This document shows, one piece after another, positions 17,455 to 27,423 of a DNA stretch of 64,000 nt; the stretch's first letter is position 1, and each line of letters begins with the position of its first letter. A program made the position numbers and the translations under genes. The notes beneath the pieces are model-generated. The model searched no databases and was not told the DNA's origin. It was given only the letters and a program-made list of their open reading frames with translations. Location of the stretch: positions 32,001-96,000 of IMG/VR virus record IMGVR_UViG_3300028832_000102; one strand, given 5' to 3'. The DNA is from a virus (taxonomy: Duplodnaviria > Caudoviricetes).

Positions 17455-17596
17455 CCCGTGTCTTTGGTCACGCTCCTACTACGTCGAGAGCATCGGTCAT
17501 ATCTCGGAAGAGACCGTCCGCAGATACATCGAAGACCAGAAAGAGACAGCAAACAAGAAGTCAAACAAAGAGGGGTCGCTTTCATCCCACAGCTGA
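17455..17596 (+). pseudogene. tnpA: C-terminal remnant of IS200 Y1 transposase
   Basis: LWSRSYYVESIGHISEETVRRYIEDQK; HUH-containing N-terminal part absent. Confidence 0.85.
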
Positions 17597-17935
17597 AGCA
17601 GTGGGTATTCCCGCTCCTAATTCATAATACTGGATTGGTGACGCAGATTCAAGGGCACAGCTATTTTGTGGAGTTATACACAAAGAGAGAAGGGAAAAAT
17701 TGGCTAAATACAGCGCGAAAAAGGTGATTAAAAAAAACGTTCGAGGAACTTACGTTTGTTCTTTGAACGTTTCGTCAGAGATATTCAAGGAACTTTTTGG
17801 TAATACTCGAATATCTATGGCGAGTTTGTTAAGACTCTCTATGGAATTGCGTGTTGTAAAATATGTTAAACAGTGCGGACAAATAGGGTACTTTTGCCCG
17901 TGCGGGCGTTTTCTCGCACAGATTCTTTTTTAAAC

Positions 17936-18198
17936 AAAAACAACGCTGCGCTAAAAAATCATCATACATCAGACATCATACATCATACATCAGCCATCAG
18001 TATCCTCTGTTTTTTAGATTGTGACAACAATCGTTGTTTTTGCTTTTCTGATGATAAAATCCCGATAGGGTGATGGTACTGACGGATGGCGGGGCTGGGA
18101 GCTCGCTCACAAGCACAGGCATACGGCTGCAGCATCGAAGGCACGACAAGTGCCTGCATCATCAGAAAAGAGTTTTTATTGTTTTTTTCTTCTCTCAT
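17936..18198 (-). repeat. Copy B of the duplicated module (includes 71-aa ORF 17983-18198)
   Basis: Paralogous to 15164-15452. Confidence 0.8.
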
Positions 18199-18911
18199 AT
18201 TGGCTTAATGAGTTTCAGCCACCACTTGCGGGTAACCCAGAGACCGATGCCCAGGACCGCCCCGAGCAGGATCCACCGCAGAGCATCCCACCACCGCTGG
18301 TACCAGGGACGGGCGTCGATGGCTGAGGGCTTCGACGATGTCTGATGGTCGATGGTTGATGTAATATGTGAGGCAAGGCTATCGAACTGCTGGTGCCAGT
18401 ATTGGCTGGCAGAATCAATACACGCACGCAGGCGGGCTTCGTACTCCTGCGTGATACGCTGCTCCTGCTGCTGCAGCTCGCGCGTGATGTCACGGCTGAT
18501 GGTGCGCTGCTCGGTGCGTATCTCGCGCCCGAGGCTGTCGAGCGACACCGTGACGGTCTCAGTGATTACCTCTTTTTGGTCTTCGTGGGAGGACCACAAA
18601 GAACTCTGCTCACTGAACGCCTGGTGGAGCCAGGCTTCACTCTCTTCGTGCCAGTTAGTAAGCTGTCGGTCCACCTGTGCACGGACGGCCAGGGTATCCG
18701 CCTCATAGTGGTGGTGGTGATGCTCCTCGACGACACGGGGAGTGCTACAACTATTAAACAGGGCACACACAGCAAGGCCAATAAAAAGGGCTACCACGTA
18801 GCCGGCGATGCTACACAACACCGCCTTCAGGCGATCTTCATCCGACAGTCCCTTCATCTGGTCGGGATCAGACGGATAGAAGTTGTCATTGTTGTAAAAG
18901 TCAAACATCAT
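18195..18911 (-). CDS. Lipoprotein with C-terminal TM helix (spanin-like architecture)
   Basis: Hydrophobic stretch ending FNS-C lipobox, coiled region, C-terminal WILLGAVLGIGLW. Confidence 0.65.
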   Translation of the reverse strand: MMFDFYNNDNFYPSDPDQMKGLSDEDRLKAVLCSIAGYVVALFIGLAVCALFNSCSTPRVVEEHHHHHYEADTLAVRAQVDRQLTNWHEESEAWLHQAFSEQSSLWSSHEDQKEVITETVTVSLDSLGREIRTEQRTISRDITRELQQQEQRITQEYEARLRACIDSASQYWHQQFDSLASHITSTIDHQTSSKPSAIDARPWYQRWWDALRWILLGAVLGIGLWVTRKWWLKLIKPI

Positions 18912-18932
18912 TGTTTTGGTTTTTTGTTTCTA

Positions 18933-19271
18933 TCATACTACGAGATTGAAGTCGTTGGCACGGAGGATGCAACAGTCGCGTAGGCGGCGCGTCTGTCCGC
19001 TGGCGGTGAACTGCACCAGGCGCGACGGGAACCTGCCGGGGCCACCCAGCTCCACACTGAGCGTCACCACCTCCTCGCCCAGGATCATGTCACCATTGCT
19101 CGCGGCCACATACCACACACGCCAGGGAACACGCTCAGGAACCTGAGCTATTTGACCATTTGACAATTTACAATTTGACAGTCTGGTGCGCTCGGCCACC
19201 AGCCTGAGTTCAGACAGTGCTAATTGCTTTAACGTCTCTCGAGCTCGCTCTCGCTTATTCGCAACATTCAT
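18933..19271 (-). CDS. Hypothetical protein, 112 aa
   Basis: ORF in operon; carries a heptamer-repeat insert (LSNCKLSNGQ). Confidence 0.5.
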   Translation of the reverse strand: MNVANKRERARETLKQLALSELRLVAERTRLSNCKLSNGQIAQVPERVPWRVWYVAASNGDMILGEEVVTLSVELGGPGRFPSRLVQFTASGQTRRLRDCCILRANDFNLVV

Positions 19272-19301
19272 TCCGTTCCATCTTACTTTTTACATCAGAC
19301 A

Positions 19302-19739
19302 TCAGACATCATCCTTCTTTAGAGGCTTTCCCCAGGACCCCTCTTCGCGCTTGTAGTTCTTCACCGGACGGTAACGCATGTCGCGGCGAACGGCGATGAT
19401 GGGATCGTCAGGGTGACGGCTGAAGGCACGGCGGGTGGGGTCGTACTGACCAGCTTCCACCTCGCGCTTCAGGTTCTTCGCCGGACGGAACTTCAGCTGT
19501 TTGCGAGCAGGCACGGTGTGGATCTCGTCTTTCTTCTTGTAGTAGAACTCATGCTCAGGACGGTCGATTACGGCGAATGTACCGAAGCCGTCGATGGGCA
19601 CGCAGAGGGAGCCCTCGGTGAGCTGGTAGCGAATCTCGTCGAACACATGGGGCAGCACCGCCTCGACCGTGGCACGTGCAAGACCAGAGCGCTGAACCAC
19701 GGCTGCAGCAAATCTATTCAAACAACTCTTTGGTGTCAT
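19302..19739 (-). CDS. HU/IHF-family DNA-binding protein
   Basis: VPIDGFGTFAV...VPARKQLKFRPAKNLK. Confidence 0.85.
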   Translation of the reverse strand: MTPKSCLNRFAAAVVQRSGLARATVEAVLPHVFDEIRYQLTEGSLCVPIDGFGTFAVIDRPEHEFYYKKKDEIHTVPARKQLKFRPAKNLKREVEAGQYDPTRRAFSRHPDDPIIAVRRDMRYRPVKNYKREEGSWGKPLKKDDV

Positions 19740-20059
19740 TGTTAACTTGTATTAATTCTATGTGACAAAATATTCATTATTGCCCTAAACCTTTCTTTCT
19801 CATATCGAAAGAGCATTTCGGCGATATTAAATCGGGGCTTCTTGCGATCTGTTCAATAAGACCGGCTACTCCATATATAGTAGCATTTTCTGGAAACAAA
19901 TCAAGGGCACGAGGAGGCAGGACAAGAAAAAGCGTCGCCTCGCAAAAGCTACAACCGAGAGACGACGCGAAAGGAATAATAAATATTCCAAAAAGTATTT
20001 ATCAGACTGCTAAGATGGGGCAAAATTACGAAATTAAATCGTAACTTCCAAATAATTAG

Positions 20060-20630
20060 GCAGTTATCTATAATTCTTCATGCCTTTCATTGGCAGAATT
20101 ATCAGGTTATCTGGCTATTATTCTTCCCTCTTGAAACTCCTAACTCGCTGATTATCAGTTATTTATTTAATTTTTTTGCGGTTATTTTGCGGTTTTTTAT
20201 AATAAAAGTTATTTAAAAAATTATTTGAAATTATCTATATATATTATATAACTAATTGATAAACAAGCATTTATTTTTATTTTGCTTATCTTTTAATACT
20301 TAAAGTGGAGTGCGAGGAGTTCGTTCTCGCGTGTGCTGAAGAAAGTGTGTTTAGTCAGTGGCTTTTATATTTAAATAAAAAGAGTTTTATGAAAAAAGGG
20401 GGCTTTTCAGATAACTGGGGGGGAAGTAGTATCATAACTCATTGATACTCATTTAGTTAGAAGTTATTTGTATTCAGATAATTTTTTAAGGCCAAAAACG
20501 TACGAAAAAGAATATAACTATCTGATTATCAGGAGTTATCTAAATTTATCAAAACAGTTATTTTTTTATTTCGTCTTTATGGAAAAACACCCATTTTCAG
20601 ATAACTGCTGATAATTTTGGTCGGAGATAA
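20060..20630. other. AT-rich non-coding region with many TTATC/GATAA repeats
   Basis: Repeated (G)TTATC(T/A) and (CA)GATAA(C) in both orientations; no ORFs. Confidence 0.55.
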
Positions 20631-20680
20631 AAAAGTATGTAACTTTGCAATTGCTACACAACAATCTAACATTAACAATC

Positions 20681-21319
20681 ATGGACAAGCATCACAATGT
20701 GCCGCCTATTGTATGGCTTAAAGTCACAGATTACATGCACGGATGGATACAGCACGAGCTGGGAAGTGAGATAAAGATTCACAACCAGCGCGTAGTAAGT
20801 GTTCAGCACATCCCTGGGGCGCGAGGTATTCTAAGGATGGAAACAGAAGAAGACATGCTCGATCCGAAACCTGTTAGCAACGTCATGTCCGACAAAAGAA
20901 AAAACTGTTTCCTCGCCGGCATGGAATTGGACGAAGAGGTCATAGAACGGGATTACGGCATGACGAAAAGCGATCTGCAGTTGTTCGTTCCTATTGAATG
21001 TCCGAAGATGTGTCTGACTAAAAACGGCGTTTTGCGGCCGTGGAGCCTGAACACTACTTTCGGAAGGGAACAGACTACAGCCATGAGAAAACTGATCAGG
21101 CAGGAGTTTTGGAAAGCCGTAGAGGAATATAACAGCAAGTATGCCAGAAGAAGCGGCAAGGAGCACTATCCAGCCGTTGAAATGATTGAGGAGTTCTGTG
21201 CCGACACTGAGACACCAGACCTATATGTGGAAACCCTGCGCAGAGAATGGCAGAGAAGACAGAAGAAGAAGACAGACTGTCTTGACGAAGAGAAGGACGG
21301 CACTCCATCAACGACGTAA
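20681..21319 (+). CDS. Hypothetical protein
   Basis: Promoter TTTG-N20-TAACTTTG at 20616-20647; ATG at 20681. Confidence 0.75.
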   Translation: MDKHHNVPPIVWLKVTDYMHGWIQHELGSEIKIHNQRVVSVQHIPGARGILRMETEEDMLDPKPVSNVMSDKRKNCFLAGMELDEEVIERDYGMTKSDLQLFVPIECPKMCLTKNGVLRPWSLNTTFGREQTTAMRKLIRQEFWKAVEEYNSKYARRSGKEHYPAVEMIEEFCADTETPDLYVETLRREWQRRQKKKTDCLDEEKDGTPSTT

Positions 21320-22132
21320 ATCTTCACCATCAAAGAAAATAGCCCGCGTGACGGCGCGCAACCTGCTTATAGTCTCGGCACCATAACGCTCTTCAATAGA
21401 CGAAGAGAAACGTTTGTCTGCAACGGCCGTAGTGCTGAGATTTGTTGTGATGATAAGCAGAATACCATTCTTCTCGGCGGCGTCGCAAAGGCGGAAGAAA
21501 GACCGGTCTGTCTGTCCGTAGTATTTCATAGGCTCCTTGCCGAGGTCATCAATGATGACACAACGTTCCTTTAGGAGAGCGTCCAGACGATCGTGCAGCT
21601 CTACCGAAGATACGAAAGGAATACTCCTGCCAAGAATGACCGGAAGGATTTTCTCACATATAAGCGTCTTACCAAGACCGGTCGGACCAAAACAGAGCAG
21701 TCCCCTACCCTTATTATCGGAAAGCCACTCAACCACCTTGTCGTAGGCAGGTAGCCAACGGGCATTACCTCCGAGATAGTGCTGTAACCCCTTCTCCAGA
21801 CGTTCACGAGCGTTGGGAATGGAGAATCGAGGTATTTGACAGGTGTCAGGGAAATCCACTGAAGGCGTGGCCACCGGCTGCTGACGGAGACGGTAGTTAA
21901 GACGAACGTCGGTACCAAAGGCGGTGTCGAGCGATTGTTTCAGGAGCTGCGCCTGAACCTCCTCAAGGTATTCATACACATAGCGGTGGGGTACACAGAG
22001 AATCACAGTCTTCCTGTCTGGGTCGTAGGACTCCATGGTGACGTCCTTGAACCACACATCAAAGCTATGCTGACTAACTTTCTCAGCAATAAGCCGTAAG
22101 CAACTTTGCCACTTTTCTTGATACTTTTCCAT
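21308..22132 (-). CDS. DnaA N-terminal domain + AAA+ ATPase (DnaC/IstB-like helicase loader)
   Basis: WQSCL..SFDVWFK..VPHRYVYEYLE (DnaA_N), GPTGLGKT Walker A, IIDDLGKE Walker B, ITTNL. Confidence 0.85.
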   Translation of the reverse strand: MEKYQEKWQSCLRLIAEKVSQHSFDVWFKDVTMESYDPDRKTVILCVPHRYVYEYLEEVQAQLLKQSLDTAFGTDVRLNYRLRQQPVATPSVDFPDTCQIPRFSIPNARERLEKGLQHYLGGNARWLPAYDKVVEWLSDNKGRGLLCFGPTGLGKTLICEKILPVILGRSIPFVSSVELHDRLDALLKERCVIIDDLGKEPMKYYGQTDRSFFRLCDAAEKNGILLIITTNLSTTAVADKRFSSSIEERYGAETISRLRAVTRAIFFDGEDLRR

Positions 22133-22209
22133 CCTTCAATTTTTCAATTCTTCCATTCTTCCGCTCGGCTTTGCCGCTTGGCATCGCCAAGAATTCTTCC
22201 ATCCTCCCA

Positions 22210-23649
22210 TCACCAAACCTCCGGCTGTACGGATGGAGCTGACTGAGTTGTCACCTCTTCGGCAGCAGAGAAGCCACGAAGGGATGGCAGTTCCTTCTCG
22301 AAGAAAGTCTTCAAACACTTGCAGGCCCAGTGCTGCACATCGTCGCGCGGCTCGCTCATATTGAGATTGACGAGGTAGTTGATCTTAACCAACAGGTGGT
22401 CAATATCTCCGGGCTTCAGCCTACGCACAAACTCATTGATCTGCTCAGCTTTCAGTGCCAGGCGTTCCTTCATCATGGTGCGTGCCTCAATCTCCTTGGC
22501 AGAGTTCTCCTTATTCTCGTAGAGCTCGCGCCCCAGGTCGAAGATAGAGAGGGTGAACTCCACCTGCAGGGGCACCTTACCCTTGGCACGGCCGTCGGCA
22601 AAGATAGCGCGGTAGTCGAATGTAAAGTCGGCTATCTCACGGCTGGAGAGGTCGTCGAGCTCCTTCTTGGCCTGAGCCAGGTAGCGCTTGGCAAACTCGG
22701 AGTAGTAGGCATAGCGGGCGGCGGCACGCTGACGGGCCTGCTCCAGGTACTGCTTCTGTTCGGCCTTGGTCAGACGGTCCCACTGCTTGCCGTCGTTCTT
22801 GGCCATGGTGACGGCCAACTGCTCTACGTTCTCGCCGTTGACAATCTTGCCATCCTGCGAGTTGAAGAGCCCGCACACGCTACGCACCTCCATATAGTCG
22901 GCACGGAACACGATGCGCCCTACCCTGCGCTCGGTGCCGTCAGGCTGCTGTTCAGTGACTTCCTCGAGCTGGTCTTTCTTGATGCCACGCCACTTGGAAA
23001 GCCACTTATAGAGGCGGTTGGCCGTAGCGGTCTTGGTGTGGCGGGTGGTGGGAAAATAGAACTGCGTATAGCCGGCGTCGGTAAGGATGAACTTATTCTC
23101 CAGTATCTCCTTGCGGATACGTATCTTCACCTCGTTGCGCTTGAGGTTGTTGGACTTCACCACCATCTTCTCGCCCGTCTTGGGGTTGACGGTCTCGTGA
23201 GTCTCGTACTCAGCAATGATGTCAATGAAGTTGGTATAGAGCACGCCGTCGGCGGTATAGACCTCGGCATCGACTTTCTTCATGCTGTCGAGCACCTGAC
23301 GCAGTTCGCCATAGTGGCGGGGCGTTATTCCTGGCAGGTCACGGAAGCGGATGGTGGCCACGAAGTCACCCTCGTGCTGAAGGGAGTTGGCGCGATCTGG
23401 CGTGACGAGATAGGCATCCTCGTTGTTGAAGGGTATCATCAGCTGAGTGCCGTCCTTTGATTTGTTCTCGCTGCGCTTGGCGGCGGCATAGAATGGCTGG
23501 AGCGCCCACACTAATTCGTCCATGGCTCGCTCAGTGTAAAGCGTAGGAACAATGTGTAGGTCTGTAATCTGATTGGGCTGCGTGGACAAAACTTTCCCGT
23601 CTTTGTCGAAAACAATATCAGCCCTTTGATTCTTGGATTTTTTAACCAT
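22210..23649 (-). CDS. Plasmid-type replication initiator (Rep_3/RepB-like)
   Basis: TQPNQIT, GYTQF, RLYKWLSKW, YSEFAKRYLAQAKKEL pattern; adjacent iteron array; promoter at 23701-23732 favours ATG 23649. Confidence 0.75.
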   Translation of the reverse strand: MVKKSKNQRADIVFDKDGKVLSTQPNQITDLHIVPTLYTERAMDELVWALQPFYAAAKRSENKSKDGTQLMIPFNNEDAYLVTPDRANSLQHEGDFVATIRFRDLPGITPRHYGELRQVLDSMKKVDAEVYTADGVLYTNFIDIIAEYETHETVNPKTGEKMVVKSNNLKRNEVKIRIRKEILENKFILTDAGYTQFYFPTTRHTKTATANRLYKWLSKWRGIKKDQLEEVTEQQPDGTERRVGRIVFRADYMEVRSVCGLFNSQDGKIVNGENVEQLAVTMAKNDGKQWDRLTKAEQKQYLEQARQRAAARYAYYSEFAKRYLAQAKKELDDLSSREIADFTFDYRAIFADGRAKGKVPLQVEFTLSIFDLGRELYENKENSAKEIEARTMMKERLALKAEQINEFVRRLKPGDIDHLLVKINYLVNLNMSEPRDDVQHWACKCLKTFFEKELPSLRGFSAAEEVTTQSAPSVQPEVW

Positions 23650-23789
23650 AACAATAGGGTTTATGTTGAACTTTCGTTCGAACCGGTCTGTAGCTTGCTG
23701 CAAAAGTAGAAATTATTTTCCAAACTTCCAAATATTTTTGAAATTATTTTTATCTTGAATATCAATTAATTATAAAATACATCTTGCAG

Positions 23790-24475
23790 AGTTGTCGAAA
23801 AGAACACCCGTATTTGTCGAAAACAACGTGCAGCGATGTCGAAGAAAACAGGAAAGATTGTCGAAATATAGCATGCCTGGGAACATGCAGAGTTGTCGAA
23901 AATATACGTTTATAGGCATTGTCCCGAAGTTGTCGAAGAACTCCCCGATTTGTCGAAAACATACCCGCCGTTGTCGAAACCTGCCCGAGGTTGTCGAAAG
24001 TGCCTGGATATCATTCCCTTAATTGTCGAAAGCGTATCCCGAAGTTGTCGAAGATTTCCCCCGATTTGTCGAAAGCCTGCCCATCGTTGTCGAAGATTTC
24101 CCCGTATTTGTCGAAAAGCATTTTTATAATACTCTGTGTTTTAGGATGTTGCAATATTGGCGCAGTGCCTATATACTCTCTTTTATAGACTCTTATCTAT
24201 AGCCATCTTCTTATATACCCCTTATTTGTAGACTCAGATAAAAATCAGATCATGGTTTTAAAAATCTTTTTTTTCGTAAGAGAAAAAGGAAGGGAAACCA
24301 TTGGAGATAAGCGTATTAAAGGCTTTTCGACAAATCGGGGTGTTTTCCTGGCAATAGACATTCAGGCCATTTTCGACAAATACGTACGTTACGTGCGTGC
24401 CTTATATACGCGCGATAACGCCCGCGCTATGTTTTCGACAAATCAGACCGTTTTGATTTTCGACAAATCGGGGAG
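23790..24475. repeat. Iteron array / replication origin
   Basis: About 14 TTGTCGAA cores at mostly 20-22 bp spacing (23790-24120), an AT-rich gap, then 4 inverted TTTCGACAAAT copies (24325-24470). Confidence 0.85.
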
Positions 24476-24576
24476 TTTCCTTTTTCGCATAATCCCTCCC
24501 CCTACCCCCTCCCTTGTAGAAAAAGGAAACCGCCACCCAATCACAAGGACTGGATGGCGGGAAGATAAAAATATAT

Positions 24577-25449
24577 CTAGTTTTCCTTCATCGTGATTTT
24601 CCAATCGGCGGCAGATCCAGAAAACAGAGGTCCTACAAGTGTTGTGGTATAGCCACGACGCAGAGATATGGGAGGAAGTGGCGTGGTAGGTATTAGTTCG
24701 CCGGTAGCGCTTTCAACTTCAGCATGGAGTTGGATGCCGTTGATACCATCTTCAGGGCAAAGGATACGCGTTTTGCAATACACTTTAACCCTCTTATGAT
24801 CGTTAATACTATAGAACGCATTGACTACACCGTCAAAATGGCCTGTTGCCTCATACTTACCCCCGTGAAGGCTAAAAGAGGATACTACAGGCAAACCGAC
24901 TATCTTACCAACTCTTATTTCTGTTTCCTCGCTCAAAAATATAACAGGGCTATCAGGCTTTTTTAAGTCTGACGAAAAGTCTGTCACATAGATTTCCACC
25001 GAAGCGGAAAGCGGATTGAAGTTGGGTTTATGTGATTCTTTCACATAGTCCGTTACTTCATAGTCATATTCAGCATAGCTAAAGATGTTTTCAGGTTCAA
25101 TGACGTTGAATGTTTTCGTGATAGGATCAAATAGATCCTTATGGTCAGGATAACTCATGTAATGTATCCAGATAAAGTGATGTTTCCCCTGGCGTAATTC
25201 CAGTTCGTAATTTTTTTTGTAAGTATTAATTTCATAGCAGTTCAAAAAGTGGCTGCCTGCATAATCATAAAGCAAAAAACCGGCATTACCAGCAGGTAGT
25301 TCAAACTTCACTGTGGACGTCTTGTCGGACAGTAGCTCGTCGACAGAAGGTTCGCCATCATCGCCGCAAGCGACAAAACTCAGTGATACACACACGGCAA
25401 GCGCCACGACCATCAGGTGACTTACAAAATAGATTGCTTTTGTTTTCAT
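24577..25449 (-). CDS. Bacteroidetes lipoprotein (Mfa/FimB-like fold possible)
   Basis: Signal peptide SLSFVA-C-GDD; C-terminal ISLRRGYTTTLVGPLF; AT-rich codon usage. Confidence 0.7.
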   Translation of the reverse strand: MKTKAIYFVSHLMVVALAVCVSLSFVACGDDGEPSVDELLSDKTSTVKFELPAGNAGFLLYDYAGSHFLNCYEINTYKKNYELELRQGKHHFIWIHYMSYPDHKDLFDPITKTFNVIEPENIFSYAEYDYEVTDYVKESHKPNFNPLSASVEIYVTDFSSDLKKPDSPVIFLSEETEIRVGKIVGLPVVSSFSLHGGKYEATGHFDGVVNAFYSINDHKRVKVYCKTRILCPEDGINGIQLHAEVESATGELIPTTPLPPISLRRGYTTTLVGPLFSGSAADWKITMKEN

Positions 25450-25510
25450 AATCGTTAGTTGTTAAAGGGTTAAATAATTATTTAATTAAATGCTTAGATG
25501 CTTAAATACT

Positions 25511-25942
25511 TTATTTGGCCTTTGTGTTCCTGCGGTGGCCACGTGTCGGACGGTTACGTATCTCGTCGTAGCGGCGGTTGAAGTCCTCCTGAGAGAGTCC
25601 TGCATCGGCATGGAGTTTCTCGACGATAGCCAGTTCCACGAAGTCCTGACGGGTCATGTTTGGGAACTGCTCGCAGTAGCGCGACACAAGGTTGTACTCC
25701 GCCATGGGAATCTGAGGATTGGGCAGGCGCATGAAGCGCTGCTCCTGTGCGGGTGTCTGTGCTGGTGCTGGTGACGGGGCGGAAGTCGCCGGGGAAGTGC
25801 CAGCCACAGCCGACGGTTGCTGCACGGCGGACTCCGCCTGCTTCTCAATGTTTGCCACGGTGGCTGCCTGCTTTACAATGTCCTGGAAGGAACTGATAGC
25901 TCCCCCACCCTGCTGCATCTGCTTGAATTTATCTTTTGCCAT
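25511..25942 (-). CDS. Small ParA partner (putative centromere-binding protein)
   Basis: Downstream of parA; disordered N-terminus then short helical domain (MTRQDFVELAI). Confidence 0.6.
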   Translation of the reverse strand: MAKDKFKQMQQGGGAISSFQDIVKQAATVANIEKQAESAVQQPSAVAGTSPATSAPSPAPAQTPAQEQRFMRLPNPQIPMAEYNLVSRYCEQFPNMTRQDFVELAIVEKLHADAGLSQEDFNRRYDEIRNRPTRGHRRNTKAK

Positions 25943-25984
25943 AACCTATATAATTTACGATTATACAATTTACTATTTACAATT

Positions 25985-26220
25985 TATTAATCCAATTAAT
26001 TATTTGATTATTTAATTAAATGCTTAAATACTTAAATACTTATTAAATTATCTGCTTATGTAATTAACATATTATGTACTTAATTGCTTGATCGTTTAAC
26101 TACTTAAATGCTTAAATGCTTATTAAAGTAAATAATTACCTAATTAAATAAGTATATGCTTATTAAAGTATTTGCTTGAAAGATTAAATAAGTAAACAAT
26201 TAAATGCTTAAATACTTAAT
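25985..26220. repeat. parS-like AT-rich repeats (TAAATGCT/TAAATACT)
   Basis: Many copies here and also at 25480-25510 and 27095-27145, bracketing parA and its partner. Confidence 0.65.
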
Positions 26221-27053
26221 TAAGCAAACTTCTTCAGATACTCCGTAGCCAGAGCGGTGTAGTCCTCGGCAGCACGTCCGCCTCCATAGGTAGTGAACAC
26301 GTCCTCACGCAGGGCCTGACTCTCGGTGATGTCCTTAGAACGGCGGATGGCCGTCTTGAAAGTCTCGCTGAAGGTGTTGCGTATCTGCGGCTCGTAGAGT
26401 TTGGCAGAGCGGAGCTGAGCGTCGAGTTTAGTAATCAGTATACCATGAATGGCCAGGCGACCTGTGTCTACGCCCACCTTACCGGCAGCCACGGCAATAT
26501 TAGTCATACCCTTTACGCTGGCTTCCTCCAGTTCGGTAGGGATGATGTAGCCGTCGGCAGCATAGAAAGCGTTGTAGGTCATGCGGCTCATAGCGGGCTG
26601 AGTATCAATAAAGATGAAGTCGAAGGCTTCAGCAACTGAAGAGGGTAGGGGAGTGCTTGTGCGGTCGTCGATGGGACGCTGCAGAATTTCCTTCAGTGCC
26701 TTACTTGGATCGGGACGCATGGAGAGGATGGCGTCGATGCCGTTGAGATTGACCGATGCGGGCGTGAAATACAGGCCGTTCTCCGCACGATATACAGGCA
26801 GTCCCTGCTGCTCGTTGCATAGGGCGGTGTAGATGGTGGGCTGACCTGTCAGTTCGTTCTGGTCGTCCCAGCCCAGGAAGTAGGAGAGGTTACGCTGCGG
26901 GTCGCAGTCGATTACTAGAACACGATAACCTTCGATGCGGCGTGCAATAGCCGATGCGAGGTTGAGCACGGTACTGGTCTTGCCGGCACCGCCTTTGTTG
27001 TTTGACACGGCCACGACATGACGCAGCTGATGTGTCTTGGTTTTCTTTGCCAT
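26220..27053 (-). CDS. parA: ParA-family partition ATPase
   Basis: NNKGGAGKTS deviant Walker A, VIDCDPQRN, FIFIDTQP. Confidence 0.92.
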   Translation of the reverse strand: MAKKTKTHQLRHVVAVSNNKGGAGKTSTVLNLASAIARRIEGYRVLVIDCDPQRNLSYFLGWDDQNELTGQPTIYTALCNEQQGLPVYRAENGLYFTPASVNLNGIDAILSMRPDPSKALKEILQRPIDDRTSTPLPSSVAEAFDFIFIDTQPAMSRMTYNAFYAADGYIIPTELEEASVKGMTNIAVAAGKVGVDTGRLAIHGILITKLDAQLRSAKLYEPQIRNTFSETFKTAIRRSKDITESQALREDVFTTYGGGRAAEDYTALATEYLKKFA

Positions 27054-27359
27054 GATAAATAGGTTTTAAAATCGTTGCAGCTGCTGCAAAGATATAATTA
27101 AATAAGCAAATAAGCAAATAATTAAATGCTTATTTAAGTAAATTTAATAATTATAAGCCACAGAATCTAAAGTTAGTGGCCCTTGGCTGCGCCGAGTGCT
27201 GTCCTCACCTCGGCAAAGCAAAGGTAATAAGTCCTTAAACGGACTATCGCAACTGTATCAGCCGTATTCATTTATGTGCAAGCACCTATGAACACGACCG
27301 ATACATTTGCTGTTTAGTTGTCACTAAACTTATTTCCTTTGCTTTGCACTCGGTTCGTC

Positions 27360-27394
27360 TGCCCTTGCCTTTATAATTCATTCTATATATATTG
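27360..27394 (+). promoter_or_regulatory. Putative phage late promoter TGCCCTTG-N20-TATATTG
   Basis: Same motif and spacing at 33534, 35657, 50620, 51905. Confidence 0.6.
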
Positions 27395-27423
27395 CGGGAA
27401 AGAAACAACATTTAGCGAAAATT

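Larger units (their letters stand above)
15502..17623 (-). mobile_element. IS200/IS605-family element with cargo gene and truncated tnpA
   Basis: Subterminal hairpins CCCACG..CGTGGG (15512-15531) and CCCAC..GTGGG (17586-17605); right end TCAA at 15502; TTAT next to left end; divergent tnpB/tnpA. Confidence 0.8.

Noticed and set aside
15708-17627. 639-aa plus-strand ORF
   Set aside because: Antisense shadow of tnpB and the cargo gene with no recognisable domain; the tnpA remnant is in a different frame.
22330-23460. 376-aa plus-strand ORF and similar long antisense ORFs (e.g. 44894-46045)
   Set aside because: Shadows of GC3-rich genes on the opposite strand.
23790-24120. TTGTCGAA repeats as CRISPR
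   Set aside because: An 8-bp core with ~21-bp period next to a Rep gene fits iterons.
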